A DNA stretch of 64,000 nt, from assembly GCA_002839315.1 (NCBI GenBank), contig PGXV01000009.1, positions 130,202-194,201 of the forward strand, written 5' to 3'. Origin of the DNA: Spirochaetae bacterium HGW-Spirochaetae-3. GTDB taxonomy: Bacteria > Spirochaetota > Spirochaetia > Treponematales > UBA12059. The notes below the pieces were generated by a model. The model saw nothing but the letters and a program-made list of their open reading frames with translations, did not search any database and was not told the origin of the DNA. Within the stretch, counting starts at the first letter, position 1. Every line of letters starts with the position of its first letter. Position numbers and translations under genes: made by a program. Shown here piece by piece: positions 11,888 through 20,899 of the stretch.

Positions 11888-12568
11888 ATGTCTACGCTAT
11901 TCATGGTCGCGACGCCGATCGGCAACCTCGAGGATATAACGATACGCGCCGTCAGGGTGCTCGGCGAGGTCGACGCCGTCGCTTGCGAGGATACCCGGCA
12001 TACGCTCAAGCTGCTCAACCACCTGAACATCCGGAAACAGCTCGTCGCGTGCTACGCGTACGAGGAGGAGAAGGGGTCCGCGCGCATCCTCGGTCTCCTC
12101 GAGCAAGGCAAGAACGTCGCCTACTGCTCGGATGCGGGCACTCCCTGCCTCTCCGACCCGGGCATCCTCGCGGCGGCCCGCGCTCGGGAGGCCGGCCACG
12201 ATGTCGTGCCGATACCGGGCCCCAGCGCGTTCGCGGCGCTCGTCTCCGCTTCGGGCATCTTCTACAAGGCCGTTACCTTCGACGGGTTCCCGTCGCCCAA
12301 GCCCGGTAGGCGCCGTTCCAGGGCCGCGGAGCTCATGTCGCGCCAGGAAGCCTTCATCATGTACGAATCGCCTCATAGGATAGTCAAACTCCTGACGGAT
12401 ATTGCCGATATTGATCCTGAGAGGCGCCTGTGCGTCGGCCGGGAGATGACGAAGATCCACGAGGAATTCCTCGTGGGGACGGCGGTCGAGGTCAGGGACG
12501 CGCTCGCGGCGAGACCGGAGGTCAAGGGCGAGATCGCGCTACTTGTGTCCGGCGCTAAAAAGGGTTAA
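11888..12568 (+). CDS. rsmI: 16S rRNA (cytidine1402-2'-O)-methyltransferase
   Basis: VATPIGNLEDIT, CEDTR, SDAGTP.LSDPG, YESPHR, REMTKIHEE. Confidence 0.96.
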   Translation: MSTLFMVATPIGNLEDITIRAVRVLGEVDAVACEDTRHTLKLLNHLNIRKQLVACYAYEEEKGSARILGLLEQGKNVAYCSDAGTPCLSDPGILAAARAREAGHDVVPIPGPSAFAALVSASGIFYKAVTFDGFPSPKPGRRRSRAAELMSRQEAFIMYESPHRIVKLLTDIADIDPERRLCVGREMTKIHEEFLVGTAVEVRDALAARPEVKGEIALLVSGAKKG

Positions 12569-12593
12569 ACTAATCCAGAGGCGTTGCCGATAT
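12566..12593 (+). promoter_or_regulatory. Sigma-28 (FliA) promoter of flgM
   Basis: TAAA-N16-GCCGATAT, close to the consensus TAAA-N15-GCCGATAA, directly upstream of flgM. Confidence 0.75.
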
Positions 12594-12620
12594 TGACTAT
12601 GTGAAAGGCAGGGGCCACCG

Positions 12621-12899
12621 ATGACGATTGACAGGCTGAACCCGCTGGATCCGATCCAGCCCAAGAAACCCTCCGGCGTTACCCGCGCCGACAGGAATTC
12701 GGGGAACGATTCCGTGAGCCTGTCCTCGGAGGCGGTAGAGAAAGCCGAGCTCTTCAAGGCGCTCGAGCTGGCCAAGGCCGCGCCGGAGATCAGGATGGAT
12801 CGCGTCGCCGAACTCAAGGCGAAGATAGACGATCCGAACTATATAAACGACGCCATCCTGAACGCCACCGCGGATCGTATCCTCGACCAGCTGCTGTAA
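12621..12899 (+). CDS. flgM: Flagellar anti-sigma-28 factor FlgM
   Basis: DSVSLS, PEIRMDRVAELKAKI..Y motif; sigma-28 promoter upstream. Confidence 0.88.
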   Translation: MTIDRLNPLDPIQPKKPSGVTRADRNSGNDSVSLSSEAVEKAELFKALELAKAAPEIRMDRVAELKAKIDDPNYINDAILNATADRILDQLL

Positions 12900-12918
12900 T
12901 ATCCTATGCGATCGATAC

Positions 12919-12951
12919 AAGGGCGGAGGCGTATACCTCCGTCCTTTTTTT
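12919..12951 (+). terminator. Intrinsic terminator of flgM
   Basis: GGGCGGAGG-loop-CCTCCGTCC followed by T7. Confidence 0.85.
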
Positions 12952-13000
12952 ATTATGGCGAGGCGTTCGCTTCGTCGCGGCGCGAGTAGGAGTACGTCGT

Positions 13001-14161
13001 ATGGCTGATTTCAGGTTCCACGTCCCCGCCGACTGCTTCATCGGGCAGGACGCCCTCTATAAACTACCGCTCGTGCTCGAGGGCGGCCCGGAACGCGCCA
13101 TCCTCGTCGCCGATCCCGGCCTCCGCGAGGCCAAGACGACGGAACGGCTCGTCGCGATACTCGAGGGCCGCGGGATGCAGCTCATCACGTTCGACGATAT
13201 AGCCGAGCGGCCGTCGTCGGCCGCCGTCGAGGACGCCGTGACGCTCGCGAGAGGCTCCAGGGCGCCCCTCGTCATAGGTCTCGGCGGCATCCGCGCCCTG
13301 CACGTCGCCAAGGCGGTCGCGGCGCTCGCTACGAGCGACGCCTCGGGCGAAACCTCCGTGGACGCGTGGATGGACGGAGAGCCGCCCCTTCGGCAGCCTC
13401 TTCCGCTCGTGCTCGTGCCTACCAGCTACCGCGACCCGTTCCTGCTGTCGGGCGGGCTCGTGCTTACCGACGCGCGTACCGGCGGAGCCTCGTTCCTGCA
13501 GGCGCGCCGCGGCGTGGAGACCGCCGTCGTGCTCGACCCCAACGCGCTCGGCGGTATGTCCGCCAAGGCGGCGGCCGCGGCCCTTCTCGACGGCGCGATG
13601 GGCGCGATAGAGGGCTACGCGTCGTCGCGCGAGGGCTTCCTGTCCGATATGGCGCTAAAAGAGGCGGTCGGCCTCTATATCAGGGCGCTCGACGTTACGA
13701 TACAGCGGCCCGAGGATCCACAGGCGAAGATGGACGCCGTGCGCGCCTGCTTCCTGTCCGCCCTCGGCCTCGCCGCGTCGTCGCCGGGGCTCGGCACGGC
13801 CATATCCTTCGCGGTCAACGCCCGCTGGGGCGTGCCCAAGGCCAACCTGGCCGCGGTCATACTGCCGTACCTCCTGGAGTCGCTGTCGCGGTCGCGGCCG
13901 GAGAAGATAGCGGCGCTGGCGCCGCTGTTCTGCGAGGTCGATCCCGAGGAGGGCGCGGCCGGAGCGGCGGCGAGGGCCGTGGAATCGATGCGCACGAGGC
14001 TGGGACTGCTCAAGATACCCAGCCGCCTCAAGGACTTCGAGCTTCCGCTGGAGCGCCTCGTGGAGACGGCCGAGGCCGCGCGTAAATTCGACTTCATGAA
14101 TTTCCTGCCGCGTACGATGACCGTCGACGACGTCTTCGACTTCATAAAAACCGTCTACTGA
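13001..14161 (+). CDS. Iron-containing alcohol dehydrogenase-fold protein (metal ligands degenerate)
   Basis: Family layout is present (VIGLGG, VPTS, VLDP, AIEGY, IPSRLKDF), but the conserved His ligands are absent. Confidence 0.8.
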   Translation: MADFRFHVPADCFIGQDALYKLPLVLEGGPERAILVADPGLREAKTTERLVAILEGRGMQLITFDDIAERPSSAAVEDAVTLARGSRAPLVIGLGGIRALHVAKAVAALATSDASGETSVDAWMDGEPPLRQPLPLVLVPTSYRDPFLLSGGLVLTDARTGGASFLQARRGVETAVVLDPNALGGMSAKAAAAALLDGAMGAIEGYASSREGFLSDMALKEAVGLYIRALDVTIQRPEDPQAKMDAVRACFLSALGLAASSPGLGTAISFAVNARWGVPKANLAAVILPYLLESLSRSRPEKIAALAPLFCEVDPEEGAAGAAARAVESMRTRLGLLKIPSRLKDFELPLERLVETAEAARKFDFMNFLPRTMTVDDVFDFIKTVY

Positions 14162-14165
14162 CCTC

Positions 14166-15002
14166 ATGATAGCCGTACGGAAGTTGATGACGCTCTCGCC
14201 CCTGCACCGGGCGCGCAAGGCGGCCCAAGTACTGGGGCACGCGGAGGCCGATTACCGGCTGGGCGATACGGGCGCGGGCGCGTGGGTCTCCCAGCTCGCC
14301 GCCGCCCTCTCCGCCGACGAGTCCCTGACGGCGGAGCTGCGCGCGCTCGCGGCCGAGGCCTCGGGCGAGGCGGGGCTGGCGGCCCTGTCGTCGCCGGAGG
14401 CGGGAATAAGAATAATAAACAGGCTCGCGAGGGGGCTCGAGGCCCACGCCGGACTCACTCCGGCAGACTGGGACCTGCGAGAACCGCTGGGGCTCTCCCT
14501 CGCCGCCGGCGCGCGGAGAGTCTTCCCCGGCGTCCGCGCCTTCCTCGAGGACCTGCGCTCCCCCTTCAACGTCGGGTCTATATTCAGGAGCGCCGACGCG
14601 TTCGGGGCCGCTGAGATCATACTGTCCGGCTTCACCGCCGACCCCGGGCACCCGAGGGCCGCGCGATCGGCTATGGGCGCCGTCGACATCGTGCCGTGGC
14701 GCCGAGCCGGCCTCGAGGCCCTCGCCGGGGGCGGCGAGGCGTTCGCGCTGGAACTGCGCGGGGAGCCTATCGATACCTTCGTGTTTCCCGAGCGCGGCGT
14801 CGTCGTCGTAGGCTCGGAGGAATTGGGCGTATCGCCCGAGGCGATGGCGCTGTGCTCGCGTACGGTCAGCATACCGATGCTCGGCGCCAAGGGCAGCCTC
14901 AACGCGGGCGTCGCGTTCGGCGTCCTCATGGACGCGTGGAGGCGGTCGCTGGCCGCCAGGGGCGTCGAGCCCGTCCTGCCCGGTAGCGGACGTATCGTTT
15001 GA
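14166..15002 (+). CDS. TrmH/SpoU-family RNA methyltransferase
   Basis: LEDLRSPFNVGSIFRSADAFG, GSEELGV, SIPMLG..SLNAGVA. Confidence 0.92.
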   Translation: MIAVRKLMTLSPLHRARKAAQVLGHAEADYRLGDTGAGAWVSQLAAALSADESLTAELRALAAEASGEAGLAALSSPEAGIRIINRLARGLEAHAGLTPADWDLREPLGLSLAAGARRVFPGVRAFLEDLRSPFNVGSIFRSADAFGAAEIILSGFTADPGHPRAARSAMGAVDIVPWRRAGLEALAGGGEAFALELRGEPIDTFVFPERGVVVVGSEELGVSPEAMALCSRTVSIPMLGAKGSLNAGVAFGVLMDAWRRSLAARGVEPVLPGSGRIV

Positions 15003-15027
15003 CAATTCGGCGTATCGCCCGTAAACT
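14999..15027 (+). promoter_or_regulatory. Sigma-70 promoter of the ABC ATPase gene
   Basis: TTGACA-N17-TAAACT; GAGGAGG RBS downstream. Confidence 0.65.
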
Positions 15028-15066
15028 GGCCCTCATAAGATAAGCTCTGGGAAAGAGGAGGGCCTG

Positions 15067-16191
15067 ATGGCCAAGGTAATTCTCAAGGACGTCACCAAGA
15101 TATACGACGGTGACGTGAAGGCGGTAGATTCCGTCAACATCGAGATCGAGGACAAGGAATTCGTCGTGTTCGTCGGTCCGTCGGGTTGCGGTAAGTCCAC
15201 GACCCTGCGCATGGTCGCCGGGCTCGAGGAGATCTCGGGCGGAGAGATCAGCATCGACGGCCAGGTCGTCAACGACGTACCGCCCAAGGACCGGAACATC
15301 GCGATGGTGTTCCAGAACTACGCGCTGTATCCGCATATGAGCGTATACGACAACATGGCGTTCGGGCTCAAGATCCGCAAGCTGCCCAAGGCCGAGATCG
15401 ATCAGCGCGTCCGCGAGGCCGCGAGGATACTCGATATCGAGAAGTACCTCGACCGCAAGCCCAAGCAGCTTTCCGGCGGCCAGCGCCAGCGCGTCGCCGT
15501 CGGCCGCGCCATCGTGCGGAATCCCAAGGTGTTCCTGTTCGACGAGCCGCTGTCGAACCTGGACGCCAAGCTCCGCGTGCAGATGCGCGCCGAGATCATC
15601 GACCTTCACCAGAGGCTCCAGGCGACGATGATATACGTCACCCACGACCAGGTCGAGGCGATGACGATGGGCGACAAGATCGTCGTTATGAAGGACGGCC
15701 TCGTACAGCAGATCGGTTCGCCTCTGTACCTGTACAACCATCCTATAAACAAGTTCGTCGCGGGCTTCATCGGCTCGCCGCCGATGAATTTCCTCACCGT
15801 CAAGGTCGCGAGCGACGGGAACGGGATCGTCCTGGACGAGGGATCCGGCAAGTTGCGCCCGGCCGAGGTTCACGCGGCGGCCTTGAAGCCCTACGTCGGC
15901 AAGGAAATCATACTCGGCCTCCGCCCCGAGGACATCCCGTACGACGAGACGGCCAAGGGTTTCAAGACGACCATCATCGTCGTCGAGCCCCTCGGCGCAG
16001 AGATACACCTCTGGGCCAAGACGGCTTTCAGCCAGATGGTGTCCAAGGTGCCGCCGCACCATACCTTCAAGATAGGCGACGATGTCTGTTTCGCGCCCGT
16101 CATGGAGAAGGCCAGGTATTTCGAGCTCGATTCCGAGAAGTCCATACTTCCCGTGGCCGTCGTCGAGGGAGACTCCCCCGCGGCGAACTAG
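15067..16191 (+). CDS. Sugar ABC transporter ATP-binding protein (MalK/MsmX/UgpC family)
   Basis: GPSGCGKST, LSGGQRQRV, FDEPLSNLD, VTHDQ, C-terminal TOBE. No adjacent permeases. Confidence 0.95.
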   Translation: MAKVILKDVTKIYDGDVKAVDSVNIEIEDKEFVVFVGPSGCGKSTTLRMVAGLEEISGGEISIDGQVVNDVPPKDRNIAMVFQNYALYPHMSVYDNMAFGLKIRKLPKAEIDQRVREAARILDIEKYLDRKPKQLSGGQRQRVAVGRAIVRNPKVFLFDEPLSNLDAKLRVQMRAEIIDLHQRLQATMIYVTHDQVEAMTMGDKIVVMKDGLVQQIGSPLYLYNHPINKFVAGFIGSPPMNFLTVKVASDGNGIVLDEGSGKLRPAEVHAAALKPYVGKEIILGLRPEDIPYDETAKGFKTTIIVVEPLGAEIHLWAKTAFSQMVSKVPPHHTFKIGDDVCFAPVMEKARYFELDSEKSILPVAVVEGDSPAAN

Positions 16192-16217
16192 GGCGCGTCG
16201 CGCGCCGGGCTATGATG

Positions 16218-16251
16218 AAGAACGGGCCGTCCGAAAGGACGGCCCGTTCTT
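16218..16251. terminator. Perfect 15-bp hairpin (terminator)
   Basis: AAGAACGGGCCGTCC-GAAA-GGACGGCCCGTTCTT. Confidence 0.8.
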
Positions 16252-16285
16252 GTAACGACGGCCCGGATTCTCTATAGTAAATAGT

Positions 16286-18016
16286 ATGATCGAAACCCAT
16301 GCGGCAACTGTGCTGGAACTGGTCGGCAGGATAGACGCTATCGAGCGGGAGACGGAATCCATCTACCTCAGGCTCGGCGAGGTGTTCCGCACGGTCAAGG
16401 CTGCGGTGGATTCCAGTTCCCGTGGCGCTGAAGAGGCCATCTCTGCGATACTAAGCGACTATCGGGGCGGGGTCAGCGCCGATATCGCCAAGCGGCGCTC
16501 GACGGAATTCATCGAGGACTCGATGCGGTATTTCCATAAGGCGTCCGTCATCGAGCGGCAGTTCCTCGACAGCGTCGAGTCCGGCATCCAGAGCCTTTCC
16601 CGGCTCGACGATATTATCGATCGCATCCGCGCCGATTCCGAGGAGATGGAGCTCGTATCGCTGAACGCGATGACGGTAGCTCTCAAGTCGGGCACCGCCG
16701 GCCGGGCGTTCTCGGTAATTACGGACGAGCTGAAACGCCTTTCCGGTCGTACGATAAGGCACGCCGACGATCTGTCCAAGGCCGGCACCACGCTCCTGGA
16801 GCGGCTCGAAGAGCTCAAGGGTACGCTCGGCTCGTTGACGGAGATGCAGTCGTCGTTTTTCGAAGCCGCCAGGGCGGCGCTTGAAAGCGGTTTCATCGCG
16901 CTGGACAGGGAAGTCGAAGAGGCCGCCACTAGTATCAGGACGCTCTCGGAAGGCGCCTCGGGTGTCCGGGCGCCCATCGCGTCGATCATGCAGGAAGTAC
17001 AGCTCCAGGATATCATCAGGCAGTCCCTGGACCACGTGCGGCTGTCGCTGATGGCCGCCAAGCCGGAAGGTTCGGAGCCGAGCGTCGAAGCGATCGATCC
17101 GGAGGAGGAACGGGCCTTCCTCGCCGAGATAAGCCGGCTCTCGGCTTCCCTCCTCGACGACGTCTCCGGTCAGGTCCGCGCCAGCCTCGATCGCTTCAAC
17201 GGCGGTATAGCCGGGGTGAACGACGTCATGGATTCCGTCGAGGTTTCCCGGAGCCAGATAATCGCCGCGAGGAACGGCGACGGCGACGGCGGCGATTACC
17301 GCTCCAAGGCGGATGCATACATAGCGACCAAGGAGAGCGCGTTCTCGAGCGCGTCTACCATATCGGACGGGGTCAAGCGGCTTGACGACCGATTCAAGGA
17401 GATGGATACGATCCTGGCCAGGTTCAAGAGCATCGTGACGGCCTCGCGCATAGAGACCGCGCGGAACAAGGCTCTGGCCATCGTGACCAATACCGTCATG
17501 GGCATGATGGACCTGACGGAGCAGCTAGCCGAGGACGTCGCCTCCGCGGGCGGCGTGACGCGATCGTTCGGCAAGTCCCTGGCCTCGGGTATGTCCGACT
17601 ACCTGTCCGGAGCCGAGCGATACATGGAGGCCCTCAGGGTGCAGACCGACGCGCTCCATGGCAAATTCGTTCATATCGGTGAATCCAGGAAGCAGCTGTG
17701 GTCGACGGAGTCCGATTTCAGGCCCTTCTCCGATGATTTCTCCAAGGCGATCGGCGAGGCCTCCGTATTGGTCGATCGTATAGCGGCGCTCGCCCTCGAG
17801 CTCGAGGACATGCGCGACGACCTGACGGCCTACGCGGATTCCGCGTCGGGCGCGGCCGGCGCCGGCGCGGCATCGAGCATCCATAGCGAGCGCCTGAGGA
17901 CGATAGTAGACCGGTTCACCATATTCGCGCACAAGCAGACCGCCGCGAGGATCACCAGGTTCGAGACCGATACCGACGATGCTACGGCCGAGTCCGGCGA
18001 CGTCACGTTGTTCTGA
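16286..18016 (+). CDS. Soluble methyl-accepting chemotaxis-like protein
   Basis: LVSLNAMTVALKSGTAGRAFSVITDELKRLS signalling hairpin, QLQDIIRQ, a second degenerate hairpin, no TM; followed by cheD. Confidence 0.75.
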   Translation: MIETHAATVLELVGRIDAIERETESIYLRLGEVFRTVKAAVDSSSRGAEEAISAILSDYRGGVSADIAKRRSTEFIEDSMRYFHKASVIERQFLDSVESGIQSLSRLDDIIDRIRADSEEMELVSLNAMTVALKSGTAGRAFSVITDELKRLSGRTIRHADDLSKAGTTLLERLEELKGTLGSLTEMQSSFFEAARAALESGFIALDREVEEAATSIRTLSEGASGVRAPIASIMQEVQLQDIIRQSLDHVRLSLMAAKPEGSEPSVEAIDPEEERAFLAEISRLSASLLDDVSGQVRASLDRFNGGIAGVNDVMDSVEVSRSQIIAARNGDGDGGDYRSKADAYIATKESAFSSASTISDGVKRLDDRFKEMDTILARFKSIVTASRIETARNKALAIVTNTVMGMMDLTEQLAEDVASAGGVTRSFGKSLASGMSDYLSGAERYMEALRVQTDALHGKFVHIGESRKQLWSTESDFRPFSDDFSKAIGEASVLVDRIAALALELEDMRDDLTAYADSASGAAGAGAASSIHSERLRTIVDRFTIFAHKQTAARITRFETDTDDATAESGDVTLF

Positions 18017-18049
18017 CGGCCGAAGGCCGAAAGTTAGCTGGGGAAACCG

Positions 18050-18634
18050 TTGTACGAGCATAAGCTGAGCCTCTTCGAGCAGAGCATCCTGACCATCCAT
18101 CCGGGCGAGTACCATATGTCCGGCGACGACGTCATAATCGCGACGGTACTGGGCTCCTGCGTGTCCGTCGCCTTCTGGGACGCCCGGCTCCGGCAGGGCG
18201 GGCTCAACCACTTCATGCTGCCCGGGGATCTCGACGACGATGACCTGATAAAGAGTCCGAACGCGAAATACGGCATGTTCGCGATAGAGCTGCTATACAA
18301 CGAGCTGCTCAAGGCCGGGTCGAGGAAATGCGATATCGTCGCCAAGGTCTTCGGCGGCGCGTCGGTGCTACGGGTGGCCGGCGGGTCGACGAAGATATCC
18401 AAGGGCAACGTCGACTTCGCCGTCGCGTACCTCCGCAAGGAGAATATCCCCGTCATCGCCAACGATACGGGCGGCATCCTGCCGCGCAAGATATTCTTCT
18501 TCGCCCGGACCGGCAAGGTGCTCCTCAAGCGAATAGCCGGTACGATGGCCAGCTCCGTGGAGCGCGACGAAGAGGCCTACCTCGACAAGATCAAGCGCGC
18601 GGAGAGCGGCAGCGTCACGCTGTTCGACCGGTAG
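18050..18634 (+). CDS. cheD: Chemoreceptor glutamine deamidase CheD
   Basis: TVLGSCVSV, GGLNHFMLP, KYG, AKVFGGA, DTGG..PRKI. Confidence 0.95.
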   Translation: MYEHKLSLFEQSILTIHPGEYHMSGDDVIIATVLGSCVSVAFWDARLRQGGLNHFMLPGDLDDDDLIKSPNAKYGMFAIELLYNELLKAGSRKCDIVAKVFGGASVLRVAGGSTKISKGNVDFAVAYLRKENIPVIANDTGGILPRKIFFFARTGKVLLKRIAGTMASSVERDEEAYLDKIKRAESGSVTLFDR

Positions 18635-18677
18635 GCGCCACCCTGCCCGCGTCGCGCCGTACCGCGCCGCGGCAACG

Positions 18678-19556
18678 TCACTCGGCCGCCGCGTCGCCCT
18701 GCGTCACGTAGATCCGGGATCCGGGCGGCAGGGACGAGGTCAGCCACACGTTGCCGCCCACGACGCAGCCGGAGCCTATCACCGTCTTGCCGCCGAGTAT
18801 CGTCGCCCCTGAATAGATGGTCACGTCGTCCTCTATGGTCGGATGGCGCTTCCTGTCGCTCTCGCTCTTGCGGACGCTCAGCGCCCCTAGCGTGACGCCC
18901 TGGTATATCTTTACGTTATCGCCGATGACGGCGGTCTCGCCTATGACGACGCCGGTGCCGTGGTCTATGAAGAAGCGCTCGCCTATGGTCGCGCCGGGGT
19001 GGATGTCTATGCCGGTCTTCGCGTGCACGTACTCGCTCATCATCCGCGGGATCAGGGGGATGCCGCGCCTCCATAGGAAGTTGGCGCACCGGTGCACGGT
19101 CAGGGCCTCGAGCCCGGGGTAGGAGAGTATTACCTCCTCCGCCGACTTGGCCGCGGGGTCTCCCGCTACCGCCGCCTCGACGTCGCCCATCAGGGTCTTC
19201 CTGATGGAGGGGAACGCGTCGAAGAATTCCTGCACCGCCTCCTTCGCCTCGATGTGGCATGCGGCCGGGCACCCTTTCTTGCCCGCCAGCCGGTACGAGT
19301 ACTCCAGGCTCTTCGAGACCTCGTTAACGAGGGCCCCGGCGCTGCGGTGGGCCAGCTGGCCTATGACGAAGGCGGCGTTCCGGTCGTCTATCCCGTCGGC
19401 CTGCCTGTAGCCAGGGAAGGCCAGCGTCTCGAGGTCGACGACGATGGCGTGGACGGCCTCCTTCGACGGTAGGTTCTGCCCCGTCCGGTGGTTTATGCCG
19501 CCTATCGTGTCGTATGACGATATGATCGCCTCTATAGAACGCGTGAACGCTTCCAT
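18678..19556 (-). CDS. cysE: Serine O-acetyltransferase
   Basis: GDPAA, YPG, GIDIHPGATIG, FIDHGTGVVIGET, KRHPTI. Start at MEAFT. Confidence 0.93.
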   Translation of the reverse strand: MEAFTRSIEAIISSYDTIGGINHRTGQNLPSKEAVHAIVVDLETLAFPGYRQADGIDDRNAAFVIGQLAHRSAGALVNEVSKSLEYSYRLAGKKGCPAACHIEAKEAVQEFFDAFPSIRKTLMGDVEAAVAGDPAAKSAEEVILSYPGLEALTVHRCANFLWRRGIPLIPRMMSEYVHAKTGIDIHPGATIGERFFIDHGTGVVIGETAVIGDNVKIYQGVTLGALSVRKSESDRKRHPTIEDDVTIYSGATILGGKTVIGSGCVVGGNVWLTSSLPPGSRIYVTQGDAAAE

Positions 19557-19564
19557 GGTCGCCT

Positions 19565-20899
19565 TCAGGCCTTGACCTCTTCGTCTGCGGCGTCTCCCGG
19601 CTCGCCCTTGCGAACCTTGGCCATCACGAAGAACGCGGCGACCTGCAATACGCAGGCGAACGCGAATATGCCCGTGTACTGATACTCGGGCGCCGGCTTG
19701 AACAGCATGGTCAGGTCGATGATCAGGCCGGTTATAGGCGGCGCCAGTATGTTGGCCGCCTGCGAGAAGGTATAGTACAGGCCCGTGAAGATGCCTATGT
19801 TGCCGAACGTCGACATCTGCCACAGCATCGGGAACGAGTTCGTTATCACCGAACCCCAGAAGACGCCGTAGACGAGCATCATGCCCATGAACAGGTAGAA
19901 GGCCGGGGCGCCGGTCAGCCCGATCGACGGGCCGAGCAGGTTGATCAGCGTAAAGAGCGCGGTCAGCGTGAAGAGTCCGACGAGGCAGGCGCGTATGGTC
20001 GTTCTTCGTCCGTACTTATGCGCGATGTAGCCCATCGGGATGGCGGTCAGCGCATAGCTGATGCCCGCCACGCCCTGGGGCAGGGCCATCTGGCCGGAAC
20101 TGGCGCCCAGCACGTCCCGGACGTACAGGCCGAGGAACAGCACGACGCCGGCGTGCGCGGAGAACCACAGGAACAGCGACACGAGGATATAGAGGGCGCT
20201 CTTGTCCTCCTGGGCGACGACGGCCTTGATCGACGCTATAACCGGGACGCGTTCCTCTAGTTTCTCGCCGTCGTGGTTACGCTCGTGGACGAAGAAGAAC
20301 AGTACGAATACGGCTAGTATCACGAAGACGCCGGCTATCGGGAACGGCAGCATGTCCTTCGTACGACCGATGATGGGCAACACGACGTCCAGGTCCATGA
20401 GGCGCGCCAGGGCGAGCGTGCCGATTATCGTGCCCACGCCGCCCATCGTATTGATGACGCCGTTGGCCTCGGACCGGAACTCGCCGGGGATCGTATCGGG
20501 CATCAGCGCTACGACCGGTCCGCGGACGCTCGTCTTGAACAGGTTGAGGAGGAATATCATCGTGATCAGGGCTCCGAGCGATACCCCCGCCGACCACGGG
20601 ATGAGCCCGAAGAACACGGCGGACGCCGGTAGCATGACGAGTATGAACGGCATGCGCCGGCCTATCCTCGTACGCGTCCTGTCGCTCCATACGGCGACGA
20701 TCGGGATGAGGAACAGCTGGAGCACGTTGTCCAGCGTCATCACCGCGCCGACGAGCGTCTTGGACGAGATGTACCGCCCCAGGAAGGCGGGCAGGTAGGT
20801 GTCGTACAGCGGATCCATCAGTCCCATCGTGAAGAAGCCGAAGCCGATGAGGAAGGTCAATCCCATGTAGCGCCTGAATCCCTCTTTTTTTACGGTCAT
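19565..20899 (-). CDS. MFS sugar transporter (GPH/SLC45-like)
   Basis: About 12 TM helices; WSDRTRTRIGRRMPF; coupled to galK. Confidence 0.88.
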   Translation of the reverse strand: MTVKKEGFRRYMGLTFLIGFGFFTMGLMDPLYDTYLPAFLGRYISSKTLVGAVMTLDNVLQLFLIPIVAVWSDRTRTRIGRRMPFILVMLPASAVFFGLIPWSAGVSLGALITMIFLLNLFKTSVRGPVVALMPDTIPGEFRSEANGVINTMGGVGTIIGTLALARLMDLDVVLPIIGRTKDMLPFPIAGVFVILAVFVLFFFVHERNHDGEKLEERVPVIASIKAVVAQEDKSALYILVSLFLWFSAHAGVVLFLGLYVRDVLGASSGQMALPQGVAGISYALTAIPMGYIAHKYGRRTTIRACLVGLFTLTALFTLINLLGPSIGLTGAPAFYLFMGMMLVYGVFWGSVITNSFPMLWQMSTFGNIGIFTGLYYTFSQAANILAPPITGLIIDLTMLFKPAPEYQYTGIFAFACVLQVAAFFVMAKVRKGEPGDAADEEVKA

